Virus record (IMG/VR): IMGVR_UViG_3300027744_000008
DNA from: a virus
Lineage: Duplodnaviria > Heunggongvirae > Uroviricota > Caudoviricetes
Length of the DNA: 64,000 bases
Direction: 5' to 3' (one strand)
Shown here: piece by piece, positions 28,115-38,602 of the stretch
Position numbering within the stretch: position 1 is the first letter of the stretch
Layout of the letters: the number at the start of each line of letters is the position of its first letter
Position numbers and translations under genes: made by a program
Notes under the pieces: model-generated
What the model was told of the DNA's origin: nothing
The model's database searches: none
What the model saw: the letters and a program-made list of their open reading frames with translations, nothing else

Positions 28115-29182
28115 ATGGCATACTTTTTAAAATCCGGTAACACCTTCCAGGTCAGCTCAAAAGAGGCAATGGATCTCTACGAGTTGTTGCCAGCTGGCAA
28201 CTATGTAGTTAAAGAAGCGCCTATGAACGGACCCCTGTATCTTGAAACTATTGATTCATTTGAAATCAAAGGTAAAATCTACGGTGATACTGTGCGTACA
28301 GCCGCACGTATCCTAAACACATTCAATGATCGTCCAGCAAGTACTGGCGTCATGCTTACAGGCGAAAAAGGTTCTGGTAAAACTTTGCTGGCAAAGATGC
28401 TGAGTGTTAAAGGTGCTGAATCAGGTGTGCCCACTATCGTTATTAACGCACCTTGGGTAGGTGACAAGTTCAACGCTTTCTTGCAGTCAATTGATCAGTC
28501 TTGTATCATCTTGTTTGACGAGTTTGAAAAGGTCTACGACAAAGATGAACAAGAAGGTATTCTAACCTTGTTGGACGGTGTATTCCCCAGCCGTAAGCTG
28601 TTCATTCTAACCTGTAACGACAAATGGCGTGTTGACAGCCACATGCGTAACCGTCCGGGTCGTATCTACTACATGCTGGATTACAAAGGGCTTGACCAAG
28701 ACTTCATCGTTGAATACTGTGAAGACAATTTGAAAACAGAATTGAAACAGCACATTGACAGCATCTGTAAGATTGCCGCAATGTTTGATCAGTTTAACTT
28801 TGACATGCTAAAGGCTCTCTGCGAGGAAATGAATCGCTACAACGAAACACCACAAGAATCCTTGAAGCTGTTGAATGCCAAGGCTGAGTTCTCAGGAGAA
28901 CAGCGTTATGCTGTAAACTTAGTGCCAAAAGGCAAAGTAGTGCCTTTTGAAAAATTAGAATCACGAGAGTGGCAAGGCAATCCATTGTCAAATCGTATTA
29001 GTCTCGACTACAAGGTAGATGTAGAAGATGGCGACTACGACTGGGAGTGCTGTAACTTTGCCAATACCGACTTGAAGGAAATTGATCCTACAAATGGTAA
29101 GTTTATCTTCATCAATGACTTTGGCGACAAAGTAGTGTTGAGCCGTGTTAAGGAACGTGAGTTCCGCTTTGATGCATTTTAA
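28115..29182 (+). CDS. AAA+ ATPase
   Basis: Walker A GEKGSGKT, Walker B IILFDEFE; RBS gaaagaaatag. Confidence 0.6.
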   Translation: MAYFLKSGNTFQVSSKEAMDLYELLPAGNYVVKEAPMNGPLYLETIDSFEIKGKIYGDTVRTAARILNTFNDRPASTGVMLTGEKGSGKTLLAKMLSVKGAESGVPTIVINAPWVGDKFNAFLQSIDQSCIILFDEFEKVYDKDEQEGILTLLDGVFPSRKLFILTCNDKWRVDSHMRNRPGRIYYMLDYKGLDQDFIVEYCEDNLKTELKQHIDSICKIAAMFDQFNFDMLKALCEEMNRYNETPQESLKLLNAKAEFSGEQRYAVNLVPKGKVVPFEKLESREWQGNPLSNRISLDYKVDVEDGDYDWECCNFANTDLKEIDPTNGKFIFINDFGDKVVLSRVKEREFRFDAF

Positions 29183-29207
29183 ATGATTAAAATTATATTA
29201 GCTTTTT

Positions 29208-30383
29208 ATGATACCGTTAAATTATCCAACCACTGAATACACTCTGCATGTAACCGGCACTGAGAAGTATTGGGTACATACTAAAGAACATGGTCGTATG
29301 TTGGAAACATTATGCGGTAATACTGCATTTATTTTTGGGTTTGATAATACACATATCATTGACAGAATAACTCAACAACAACATCAATTATCGTATCTAG
29401 TACATACCAATTATACCTGCGATGACAATAATAAACTGATAGAACTGTTATGCAAGCATGGAAATTTTCACGGTGTGAGTTATGCGGTCAGTGGCACTGA
29501 CGGCGTAGAGTGTGCAGTAGCAATCAATGATGATTATTGGAAACTCAAAGATAAAGATAAGACAAAGATTGTGTCATTTAGTCCTGGCTATCATGGAATA
29601 ACGTATCTTACTAGGGCAATGCGAGGTTCTTTAAAGATACAAGACAAAGTTATTGTAACTGCCGCACCTAGATGGCCTATCATTAAGTATAGAGAACCAT
29701 ACGAAACCTATTCATTTAAACTTCTAGAGAATTTGTTAGAATCTAACAAACAGATCGGAGCTGTTATCATGGAATCTATTCCCTGGTTCAATGGATTAAA
29801 GCCCTGGAGTGATAAATGGTGGAAAGATATAAGAAATCTTTGTACTGAACACAATATTAATCTAATCATTGATGATGTTATGGGCGGTATGGGTAAGTTA
29901 GGTGAGGTGTTTAGTCATACCAAGTATGGGATACAGCCTGATATTGCAGTATTAGGTAAATCATTAACTGGTGGATACAGTCCATTATGTGTTGCATGTA
30001 CTTCAAAAGAAATAGCAGAGACTATTAAAGATACTTGGGAGTACGGCCATACTTGGCAACCCAATATGATGGGTGTTGCGGCTGCATTAGCATCACTAGA
30101 ATTACTAGACCGTGACGCAATAGTTAAAATAGAAAGTAGATTAGTAGATTTATATCAAAGATTACCAGTGGATAATTATATAGTATCCGGGTTATTAAGT
30201 CAGTTTAGAACAAATAAATTATCACCTGAAGATTTGCATAATAATGGGTTGACATGTAATTTTTCAAAATGGTTCCATAACCTGCCGGGCAACAAATTTG
30301 ATTACATGATGTGTACACCTATCGTAGCAGATGACGAATACTTTGATGAGTTAGAAAAACGTTTGAAAGCGTTGATTACATGA
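29208..30383 (+). CDS. class III (PLP) aminotransferase-like protein
   Basis: DDVMGGMGKLG (cf DEV.TGFGRTG) and LGKSLTGGY lysine motif. Confidence 0.55.
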   Translation: MIPLNYPTTEYTLHVTGTEKYWVHTKEHGRMLETLCGNTAFIFGFDNTHIIDRITQQQHQLSYLVHTNYTCDDNNKLIELLCKHGNFHGVSYAVSGTDGVECAVAINDDYWKLKDKDKTKIVSFSPGYHGITYLTRAMRGSLKIQDKVIVTAAPRWPIIKYREPYETYSFKLLENLLESNKQIGAVIMESIPWFNGLKPWSDKWWKDIRNLCTEHNINLIIDDVMGGMGKLGEVFSHTKYGIQPDIAVLGKSLTGGYSPLCVACTSKEIAETIKDTWEYGHTWQPNMMGVAAALASLELLDRDAIVKIESRLVDLYQRLPVDNYIVSGLLSQFRTNKLSPEDLHNNGLTCNFSKWFHNLPGNKFDYMMCTPIVADDEYFDELEKRLKALIT

Positions 30384-30913
30384 AAGTAGTTATTACTGGT
30401 CACATGAATGGTTTCGGTTTGGCATTGTCAAATAAGTTTGTACAAAAAGGCTATACGATATCTGGATATGATTTAAACAATGATAAAGACGTAATCAAAG
30501 AAGATACAGTTAATGAGTTAATAACTGATTGCATTGATGCAGATATATTTGTTAACAATGCACACGCCAACCAATCATTCCTATTAACACAAGTTTATAA
30601 ATTATGGGAAGGCATGGATAAAACCATTATTAACATTTCAAGTGCGATTACTTATATAACACCGCGTAATTTACCAGAATCATTAAATGAATACATCTCA
30701 GACAAGAAAAATCTTGACACAACGGTTAAACTTCTCAGGATAAAGAGCGAGTTACCTCACATCATGAATATTAGACCTTCTTGGATTGAGACTCAATTAG
30801 TTAGTGAATTTAACACTAAGAAAATTAATCCAGATGATATTGCTAATCTAATAGTAATGTTGTATAATATACGTTATGCAGTTAAAATATTAGATATTGT
30901 GTTGGAAAAATAA
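30380..30913 (+). CDS. short-chain dehydrogenase/reductase-like (truncated SDR)
   Basis: N-terminal VVITGHMNGFGLAL Rossmann; overlaps upstream stop. Confidence 0.45.
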   Translation: MKVVITGHMNGFGLALSNKFVQKGYTISGYDLNNDKDVIKEDTVNELITDCIDADIFVNNAHANQSFLLTQVYKLWEGMDKTIINISSAITYITPRNLPESLNEYISDKKNLDTTVKLLRIKSELPHIMNIRPSWIETQLVSEFNTKKINPDDIANLIVMLYNIRYAVKILDIVLEK

Positions 30914-30948
30914 AAATTCAAAGATAAAGAACATTTCGGAGTTGAAGA

Positions 30949-31170
30949 ATGATTGAATTAGAAATTACACTGCAAGCACATGACTGGAGCCTAGATGGTT
31001 GGCGCACACGACCTCAAGTGGATCAATTGATGAAGGGTCACCCAGATCCTGCAGAGGCCCAGGCACTGTGGCAACAGCATTGTCCTTGGTGCGACAGCAA
31101 TGGCGGTTATGTTGCATGGTCAAAAAAATTCACCCAAGACAGTGCCACAATGATATGGAGTTATCAATGA
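30949..31170 (+). CDS. hypothetical protein
   Basis: RBS ggagttgaaga; ORF track. Confidence 0.4.
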   Translation: MIELEITLQAHDWSLDGWRTRPQVDQLMKGHPDPAEAQALWQQHCPWCDSNGGYVAWSKKFTQDSATMIWSYQ

Positions 31171-31460
31171 CACCGGATCACAATCTACTGTGCCAAACAA
31201 GGCCACTATACAACGAACCATATCATGTTGTGAGGCCACTGTTGCCCATAAGGATGCAACACGGTGACAGTATGATTGAGTGGGCTGAACAAGCATTTGG
31301 TCCCGCAGGCCGAAGAGTTAAGGGCATAATTGGGCAAACTGTAAAGGTTGAAGAACCTGGTCTCAGATACTATGTGGATCCCACTGCATTTTGGTTTAGA
31401 AATAGTCAAGATCGTGATAGTTTTATTACACATTGGACAAAGGAGTTGAAGAATGATTAA
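31167..31460 (+). CDS. hypothetical protein (start re-chosen at ATGA overlap)
   Basis: internal ATG of track ORF 30999..31460 overlapping upstream stop. Confidence 0.35.
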   Translation: MTPDHNLLCQTRPLYNEPYHVVRPLLPIRMQHGDSMIEWAEQAFGPAGRRVKGIIGQTVKVEEPGLRYYVDPTAFWFRNSQDRDSFITHWTKELKND

Positions 31461-31629
31461 ACTTTGGTTAGCATTTGCTGTCCTTGCTGTTCTTATTCAC
31501 TTTGGCATTAGTGCTTTGAGAAATATGAACGGTTTGGAACAATTGGCCTTGACAAAAAGCATAGGCTATAGTATACTTGTATCACTGGCAGCAATAATGT
31601 TGATGACAGTAATTGTTATTTTATTTTAA
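31453..31629 (+). CDS. small membrane protein (58 aa), not in ORF track
   Basis: same RBS/start context ggagttgaagaATGatt as gene at 30949; two TM helices. Confidence 0.35.
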   Translation: MIKLWLAFAVLAVLIHFGISALRNMNGLEQLALTKSIGYSILVSLAAIMLMTVIVILF

Positions 31630-31637
31630 GGAAAAAC

Positions 31638-32432
31638 ATGAAACGTATTTTTACTCTCTCTATTCTTGCTGCCGCAATTTTGGCCGCAGGTTGCACCCGT
31701 ATTGAAACCGGCGAGGTAGGTGTGCGTGTGGGCTTTGACCGACAGATTCAGCCAGGTGAACTCATGCCCGGATCATTCAATCAAACCATGATTGGTGATG
31801 TGCTTACATTCCCTATCAAGGACGTGAATGTAGTGCTTGAGAACATGACTCCCGTTGCCAAAGACAACAGCACAATGAAAGACTTTGATGCTGTGGTTGT
31901 TTACAACATCAATCCACAACAAGTAAGTGAATTGTATAGTACCAAGAACAAGAGTTTTCACGCTGAGTTCAAAGGTGACACCTATGTGATGTACAACTAC
32001 ATTGTGCAAAATGCTCGTAACGCTATCTACAAAGCCACACGTAAATATGAAGCATTAGACATGGCAGACAATCGTACTGAAATGGAAAACTATATCAAGG
32101 ATGAAATTACACGAAACCTTACTGAAGAAAAACTAGATGGCTCAATCACCATCAATCAAGTTATGGTTCGTAGTGTAATTCCTGCTGATAGTGTTGTTGA
32201 AAGTGCAAACGCACTGGTTCGTAGCAAAAACGAACTCAAGCAAAAGGAAGTTGAAGTTAAAACTGCCGAAGCAGAGTCACGCAGAATGGCAGCATTGGCT
32301 AATAACAGCGGTGCTAGTATTGCATTCATGCAAGCACAGGCTATGTTGAATATCAGTGAAGGTATCAAGAATGGTCGAGTGCAGACTATCGTTGTACCTA
32401 GCAACTTTAACGCATTGATGATGAACAAGTAA
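31638..32432 (+). CDS. SPFH/band-7 (HflK/C-like) lipoprotein
   Basis: lipobox LAAGCT; TGEVGVRVGF...VLENMTP core of SPFH domain. Confidence 0.55.
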   Translation: MKRIFTLSILAAAILAAGCTRIETGEVGVRVGFDRQIQPGELMPGSFNQTMIGDVLTFPIKDVNVVLENMTPVAKDNSTMKDFDAVVVYNINPQQVSELYSTKNKSFHAEFKGDTYVMYNYIVQNARNAIYKATRKYEALDMADNRTEMENYIKDEITRNLTEEKLDGSITINQVMVRSVIPADSVVESANALVRSKNELKQKEVEVKTAEAESRRMAALANNSGASIAFMQAQAMLNISEGIKNGRVQTIVVPSNFNALMMNK

Positions 32433-32657
32433 TATGTGGGCGTTGATTATTGCACTTACAATGGATGTAGCACCGTTTGAGGTAAAGTTTACTCAATTGG
32501 CCGAGGTCAAAACATATCAAGAATGTAGAGACCTTTCTAAAATCCTGAAGGACCGTGGTCTAAACGCCCACTTATTTTGTGTGCAACAACAATAATGTCT
32601 ACACGGTGATAATCACCATGTGCCGCATGTACGATGATTTTTGGAACTAAATAGGAT

Positions 32658-33455
32658 ATGATGACTTTCAACAACAAGTTCCGAATTCTTTATATTTTAC
32701 TTTTGCTCAGTGTTCCTGCAAGTATAATAGTGGCCTTTGAAACTAGTTGGTGGTATTTAATTTGTAGTCTTGTTTGGTTTCGATTTACAAACACCATTTT
32801 CACTCAGATCGGATTACATAGATACTTTGCACATAGAAATTTTAAGACAGGCCCTTGGCGCCATCGATTGCTTGCTGTTGGAACTGTATTAAACGGCAGC
32901 GGCAGTATTATTACTTGGGGTTCAAACCATATACATCATCATAGGTATTCAGATAAACCAACGGATGTGCATAGTCCAAATGATGGCTGGTGGCATGTTG
33001 CATTTTCGTGGGCTATATCTAGTAAAGAATATTTCACTGAAGAAAAGAAAATTATTGTACCCAGATATCTGTTGAAAGATAAATTGATAGTCTGGTTACA
33101 CAATAATTATTTTATGATATGGTTTGTTGGTATTGTTGCGTTGACTCTAATTGATTGGAAGTTTGCGCTGTTTGGATTAATGGCACCTGCAGGATGGAAT
33201 ATTTTATCAGGTAATGTTTTGGCTAATCTGTTGACACACATAAAATTGTTCGGCTCTTATAGAACCTTTAACACCAGTGACAATAGTTATAACAACAAGT
33301 TTATACAAATACTTGTATTTGGTGAAGGTTTGCACAACAATCACCATCATGATCCCAGCAAGCACAACCAAGCTGTGAAGCCGGGAGAATATGATCCAGC
33401 CAGCTGGATCATTAAACACTGCTTTGAAACTAAATCTAGTGCAGAACAACAATAA
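32658..33455 (+). CDS. delta-9 desaturase-like membrane protein (paralog 2)
   Basis: HRYFAHRNFK, HIHHHRYSDKPTDVHSPNDG, EGLHNNHHHDP His boxes. Confidence 0.7.
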   Translation: MMTFNNKFRILYILLLLSVPASIIVAFETSWWYLICSLVWFRFTNTIFTQIGLHRYFAHRNFKTGPWRHRLLAVGTVLNGSGSIITWGSNHIHHHRYSDKPTDVHSPNDGWWHVAFSWAISSKEYFTEEKKIIVPRYLLKDKLIVWLHNNYFMIWFVGIVALTLIDWKFALFGLMAPAGWNILSGNVLANLLTHIKLFGSYRTFNTSDNSYNNKFIQILVFGEGLHNNHHHDPSKHNQAVKPGEYDPASWIIKHCFETKSSAEQQ

Positions 33456-33706
33456 TGGCCAGTCTTACTGATTACTTTGCTAAGAATGCATACAAACCCA
33501 AGTACTTTATTGGTGATAGAGTATTTGGCCAGTATAACAATATTCCATTTATAGGCACTGTTGGTAATGACACTATAATCAGTGAAATAGAAGGTCCTCG
33601 TATCAGTATACACTTAGATTTACCAATTAAAATTGATAATGAAATTAAAACTGTTATCATTGTCAAACACAAAAATATAAAGCGTTTGAAGTTAATGAAC
33701 GACTAA
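33455..33706 (+). CDS. hypothetical small protein
   Basis: ORF track; ATGGCC overlap with previous stop. Confidence 0.35.
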   Translation: MASLTDYFAKNAYKPKYFIGDRVFGQYNNIPFIGTVGNDTIISEIEGPRISIHLDLPIKIDNEIKTVIIVKHKNIKRLKLMND

Positions 33707-33725
33707 AACGTTCACTAAATATCAA

Positions 33726-35246
33726 ATGCAAACAATAATATTCTCAGATGTCTTATCTCCTGGCTTTGGTAGAAACGCCGGCGCATATAGAATAGCAACA
33801 CAGCTTAGGAACAATGGTTATACTTGCCAAGTTATAGATCATTGTACTCGATACACCCAAGACGAGTATGTAAAAATAATAGATAAGTTTGTTACCAAAG
33901 ACACACTTTGGGTAGGTATATCTAATACATTTTTCTTTCCTCTTATACAAGAAGGTCCTGCTGACGGTCGATTTAATGATGTGTTTGATAAGGTCTTTGG
34001 AAAGATTTCTGATTTTCGTAGCGGTTATCCGTTTGAATCAGATACTATGCAAAAATTGTTCTGGTACATACGAAGCAAGAATGAAAATGTAAAAATAATA
34101 ATAGGTGGCGCTAGATCAAAAGAAGCACTACGATATGATGCAGGGGAAAAGGGTGTCTTTGCCGACTACTATGTACACGGGTATGCAGATGAAGCTATAG
34201 TTGAGTTAACTAATTGGCTAAGATCAAATAAAAGTCCTAGACCTAAATTGGACATTATCCATAAATCAATTATAGATTCAAATATGGATTATCCCTATCA
34301 GCACTTTAATAATTGTAATATAAAATACATCAAAGAAGATTTGATTTCTCCTGATGAATATTTGCCTATTGAAATAGCACGAGGTTGTATTTTTAAGTGT
34401 AAATTTTGTAGTTTTTCTTTACTAGGTAAAAAACGTGGTGATTATACCAAGACTAAAGAGACTCTAATTAATGAATTCATGTATAACTATGAAACATTTG
34501 GTACAACCAACTACATGTTCATGGATGAAACTACCAATGACAGTATGGAAAAGGCTGAATATCTTTTAGATGTTACATCTAGTTTGCCTTTTAAGATTCG
34601 ATGGGGCGGCTATGCAAGATTGGATTTACATTATGCTAATCCTGACATGGCAGCAATCATGAAGGAAAGTGGCCAGAGGCATACACAGTTTGGAATAGAG
34701 ACATTCAATCATCAAAGTGGTAAAGCAATTGGCAAGGGATTAGATCCGGAAAAAATTAAAAAAACATTAGAGAAGTTAAAACATGAATGGAAGAACGATG
34801 TTAGAATCACCACAGGACTAATTGTTGGCCTGCCCTATGAAACTAGGCGGTCTCTAAAAGATTTAGAAAACTATCTGTTGAGCGATGATTGTAATTTAGA
34901 TGCATGGGTGCTACATCCGTTGCTACTGGTTGAAGAAAGTGTATTTGGAGAAGATCCGGCAAAGTACGGGTATACATTTGAGCAGGGATCTTCTCAAATT
35001 TTAAACTGGAAAAACAGCGAAATGAATTTTGAAGATGCTGTTCAAATTGTTACTGAAATTAGAAATAATACCAAGCATAAGTGCAAATTAAATACTTGGA
35101 GCCATATGCGACTACAGAACATTGGCTACACTGAATCAGAAGTTGACAGCATGAACACTGAAACATATTTGTCAACTATGACAACGATTGCAGAAAGAAT
35201 GACTTTAAAGAAAGATACTTATTTTCGTCATTTGATGTCGTTGTGA
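33726..35246 (+). CDS. radical SAM enzyme with N-terminal B12-binding-like domain (class B-like)
   Basis: ARGCIFKCKFCSF (CxxxCxxC) cluster motif at the expected position after a Rossmann-like N-terminal domain. Confidence 0.6.
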   Translation: MQTIIFSDVLSPGFGRNAGAYRIATQLRNNGYTCQVIDHCTRYTQDEYVKIIDKFVTKDTLWVGISNTFFFPLIQEGPADGRFNDVFDKVFGKISDFRSGYPFESDTMQKLFWYIRSKNENVKIIIGGARSKEALRYDAGEKGVFADYYVHGYADEAIVELTNWLRSNKSPRPKLDIIHKSIIDSNMDYPYQHFNNCNIKYIKEDLISPDEYLPIEIARGCIFKCKFCSFSLLGKKRGDYTKTKETLINEFMYNYETFGTTNYMFMDETTNDSMEKAEYLLDVTSSLPFKIRWGGYARLDLHYANPDMAAIMKESGQRHTQFGIETFNHQSGKAIGKGLDPEKIKKTLEKLKHEWKNDVRITTGLIVGLPYETRRSLKDLENYLLSDDCNLDAWVLHPLLLVEESVFGEDPAKYGYTFEQGSSQILNWKNSEMNFEDAVQIVTEIRNNTKHKCKLNTWSHMRLQNIGYTESEVDSMNTETYLSTMTTIAERMTLKKDTYFRHLMSL

Positions 35247-35277
35247 CAATAAATACTATTCAAGGAGGGGCAACCTA

Positions 35278-35436
35278 TGAAACAACGAAAGTTAATTCAA
35301 AAATTGTATAAGGCTTGCTTCGACCGCGATGCCGAGAAACAGTTTGAACTTCGAAAGAAGGAATTCGCCAAGATCTTGAAACACAAGGCCGAAGGTAAAC
35401 CATTTACACATAAATGGACTTTAGTTCAAATATAAC
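35278..35436 (+). CDS. small basic protein (52 aa), not in ORF track
   Basis: strong RBS caaggaggggcaacct. Confidence 0.35.
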
Positions 35437-35481
35437 ACAGGTGTAATCACAGTGTAATCAATTGAGCGGTAAATATTCTAT

Positions 35482-36351
35482 ATGAAGACATACCGCTCAA
35501 TCTTTATTAGCGATGTACATCTTGGCACTAAAGACTGCCAGGCAGATAAACTCAACAACTTCTTAAAACATAATACCTGCGAAACGCTATATCTTGTAGG
35601 AGATATTATTGATGCTTGGAAAATCAAACAAAACAAGTGGCGCTGGAAACAGTCGCACACTAATGTTATTCGTCGTGTGCTGGGTCATAGCAAGCGCGGT
35701 ACTAGGGTTGTATATGTGGCTGGTAATCACGACGAGTTTCTAAGACCATTCATGCAATATGACATTGGTTTTGGTATGATCGAAGTCACAAATCAATTAG
35801 AACATATAGGTGCCGACGGCCGGCATTATCTTGTAGTGCATGGCGACCTGTTTGACGGTATTACTAGACTGGCGCCTTGGTTGGCAATGTTAGGAGATAA
35901 AGCATATGATTTCATTCTTGGACTCAATACTCGGATTAATTGGATTCGTCATCGTTTTGGTTTTGGGTACTTTAGCCTTAGCCTGTTTCTTAAGCACCGG
36001 GTCAAAAAAGCAGTAGACTTTATATTTCATTTTGAACGCAATCTTGCACAGTACTGTAAGAAGCGTGGATTTGATGGTGTTATCTGTGGGCATATACACC
36101 ACGCAGAGATTAAAGAGATAGACGGCGTTGTATATATGAATGACGGCGACTGGGTTGAAAGTTGTACAGCACTGGTAGAACATCATAACGGTGAGTGGGA
36201 AATTATAACCTGGACCAAGGAGAAGGACAATGTGGTTGATGATATTGATAGCAATACACACAGCGAATTCGCAAGATCAACCCGGAAGAATAGAACTACA
36301 GTTTCTAGATCAACGGACCTGCGAACAAACACTAATGACTATGAAATATGA
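35482..36351 (+). CDS. LpxH-family metallophosphoesterase (UDP-2,3-diacylglucosamine hydrolase-like)
   Basis: IFISDVHLG, YLVGDIIDAW, AGNHDEF, VVHGDLFD, CGHIHH - same motif order as LpxH (FIADLHL, ILGDLFEAW, HGNRD, HGDTL, HGHTH). Confidence 0.65.
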   Translation: MKTYRSIFISDVHLGTKDCQADKLNNFLKHNTCETLYLVGDIIDAWKIKQNKWRWKQSHTNVIRRVLGHSKRGTRVVYVAGNHDEFLRPFMQYDIGFGMIEVTNQLEHIGADGRHYLVVHGDLFDGITRLAPWLAMLGDKAYDFILGLNTRINWIRHRFGFGYFSLSLFLKHRVKKAVDFIFHFERNLAQYCKKRGFDGVICGHIHHAEIKEIDGVVYMNDGDWVESCTALVEHHNGEWEIITWTKEKDNVVDDIDSNTHSEFARSTRKNRTTVSRSTDLRTNTNDYEI

Positions 36352-36384
36352 TTTAAAATTTAAAAGTTTTAAGGTAGTAGGCGA

Positions 36385-37389
36385 ATGCAAAAAACAATCT
36401 TAATCGTCACAGACAATTTACCGGAGCAGATCAATGGTGTTGTTACAACCTACAAAAATATTGAGGCGCTTGCGATTCGCGACAACTATCGTGTTGTATA
36501 TATTGATCCCGGGAGGTTCCGCCATGTTGATTGCCCTGGCTACAACGAAGTCAAGATTACCCTTACCAGGAAACGCACAGTGGGCAAGATACTTGAGGAG
36601 ATCAATCCGGATCATATCCATATCGCCACCGAAGGTCCTTTGGGTCTGTGTGCTAGACAATATCTTGACCAACACGGTTATCGCTACAACACTGCTTATC
36701 ATACTAAGTTTCCAGAAGGAATTAGAAAGCTGTTTGGCATACCTGAGAGTGTTACTTGGCCTCTAGTGCGTTGGTTTCATAAGCATTCGGGCAAAGTACT
36801 AACAACAACAGACAGCATGGTCAAGGAGTTAAAAGATCATGGTTTTGATGGAGATGTTATCTCATGGACTCGCGGTGTTGACCGTGACATATTTCATCCT
36901 GCACACAGAGTAGAAACTGTCAGCAGGTATCTCTTGTGCGTCAGCAGAGTTAGCAAAGAGAAGAATCTTGAAAAGTTCTTTGAACTAGACTATCCCGGCT
37001 ATTTAAAAGTCATGGTCGGCGATGGTCCCATGCTTGAAACATATCGAAAACAGTACCCAGATGTACATTTTACTGGATACAAAACTGGAGTAGATCTAGC
37101 ACGTTACTATGCTAATGCAGAAGCATTTGTGTTTCCAAGTCGCTGGGAAACATTTGGGCTCGTAATGATTGAAGCCATGGCCTGCGGAACCCCGGTCGCT
37201 GCTTTTCCTGTACAAGGACCCTTGGATGTTGTCGACGAAGGTGTTACTGGTTGCCTAAATGATGACTTAAAACAAGCAGTCAAAGATTCACTAATGCTGG
37301 ACCGTCAACGTGTTTGGGAAGGCAGTGCTCGTTGGTCGTGGGAACGTGCATGGGAAATATTCTGTAATAATTTGGTAGAAAAAAATTAA
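36385..37389 (+). CDS. glycosyltransferase family 1 (GT4-type)
   Basis: EAFVFPSRWETFGLVMIEAMACGTPV E-x7-E motif. Confidence 0.75.
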   Translation: MQKTILIVTDNLPEQINGVVTTYKNIEALAIRDNYRVVYIDPGRFRHVDCPGYNEVKITLTRKRTVGKILEEINPDHIHIATEGPLGLCARQYLDQHGYRYNTAYHTKFPEGIRKLFGIPESVTWPLVRWFHKHSGKVLTTTDSMVKELKDHGFDGDVISWTRGVDRDIFHPAHRVETVSRYLLCVSRVSKEKNLEKFFELDYPGYLKVMVGDGPMLETYRKQYPDVHFTGYKTGVDLARYYANAEAFVFPSRWETFGLVMIEAMACGTPVAAFPVQGPLDVVDEGVTGCLNDDLKQAVKDSLMLDRQRVWEGSARWSWERAWEIFCNNLVEKN

Positions 37390-37483
37390 ATTTGCAAGAA
37401 AAATAAAGAAATAAAAGATTGACAAATAGTCAAGATAAATATATAATCACAGAGTTAACACAGTAAATTAAAAAGGAGATTTT

Positions 37484-38038
37484 ATGAAATTTACAAAACA
37501 ATTATCACTAGTATTGGCCTCATTATTGGTCACTGGTTCAGCATTGGCCAACGGCTATGCTACCTATGAGTACAGTGAAGAAGAAAACCGCGCAACCAGC
37601 GCCAACAACATTGCCAATGCAGTGGTAGTTGGTTTCAAGGCCGCAGAAGGTTGGGACTACAGTCTCAAAACTAACACCAGCCAAACTGCCCTGGGTTCAG
37701 GCTCAATCAGTTCAGGTCTAGAAGTTCGTGCTAGAAAATCACTGGGCGCATTCTACCTAGGTGGACGACTAGGTGAACGTATTACCAGCGCCACACACTT
37801 CAGCACCTATGCTATCGACGCAGGTGTCAAGTTTCCATTGGTAGCAGGTTTCACTGGTGATGTTGGCGGTCGTTATCGCAATGCTTTTGCCAGCGGTAAA
37901 ACCTACGAAACTCAGCGTGTGCATGCCACAGTGGGTTACGCATTGACCAAACAGGATTCAGTTGCTGTTCGTTTTTCACGCAGTTACGGTGACGAAGAAA
38001 AAGATGCATGGCGTTTGAGCTACACACGTAGTTTCTAA
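37484..38038 (+). CDS. outer-membrane beta-barrel protein (OmpW/OMP_b-brl-like)
   Basis: signal peptide, alternating amphipathic strands, C-terminal ...SYTRSF. Confidence 0.6.
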   Translation: MKFTKQLSLVLASLLVTGSALANGYATYEYSEEENRATSANNIANAVVVGFKAAEGWDYSLKTNTSQTALGSGSISSGLEVRARKSLGAFYLGGRLGERITSATHFSTYAIDAGVKFPLVAGFTGDVGGRYRNAFASGKTYETQRVHATVGYALTKQDSVAVRFSRSYGDEEKDAWRLSYTRSF

Positions 38039-38200
38039 TCAGTGTCTAAAATCGGCCGCAACGATTGAGCGGTGTTGGACCTCGTAACCAACAGTAGGAA
38101 CTTAGGTTCCTATTTTTATGACTGTAAAAAGCGTAACTGTAATGTAACAAACTACAGGTTAAATACTAAAGGACAATAGTCCTAACCCAAGGAGAAAAAT

Positions 38201-38599
38201 ATGAAACTCGAAATGACCGCGTATGATATGGATATCAACGTTACGCTAAGTGACGACGATACATTTAATGTGTCGTTAGATGTTATACAAACTATAAGAA
38301 ATCTAGTAGAAGAGTTAAGAGCATTTAGTAATGTAAATGTTTCGATTAACTCAATCTTAGTTGAGGAATATGCTACAGAATTTAATGATGAAATTATAGA
38401 AGACAACAGTATGCCAACTGTCTATATGGAACAAATTAATGCACAAGCATCGTGGCCATTTCCAAATAGTGATGTTCCAGCAGAACCTGCACAAGAAGAA
38501 GTTGTTAATGTAGGGTTACCATTAATGTCTCCTGTAGAAAATGGATTTGAATCTCAAGTACAGATTGTGTTTGATGACCCGACTATAAAAACAGAATAA
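38201..38599 (+). CDS. acidic hypothetical protein
   Basis: ORF track; RBS caaggagaaaaat. Confidence 0.45.
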   Translation: MKLEMTAYDMDINVTLSDDDTFNVSLDVIQTIRNLVEELRAFSNVNVSINSILVEEYATEFNDEIIEDNSMPTVYMEQINAQASWPFPNSDVPAEPAQEEVVNVGLPLMSPVENGFESQVQIVFDDPTIKTE

Positions 38600-38602
38600 T
38601 AT

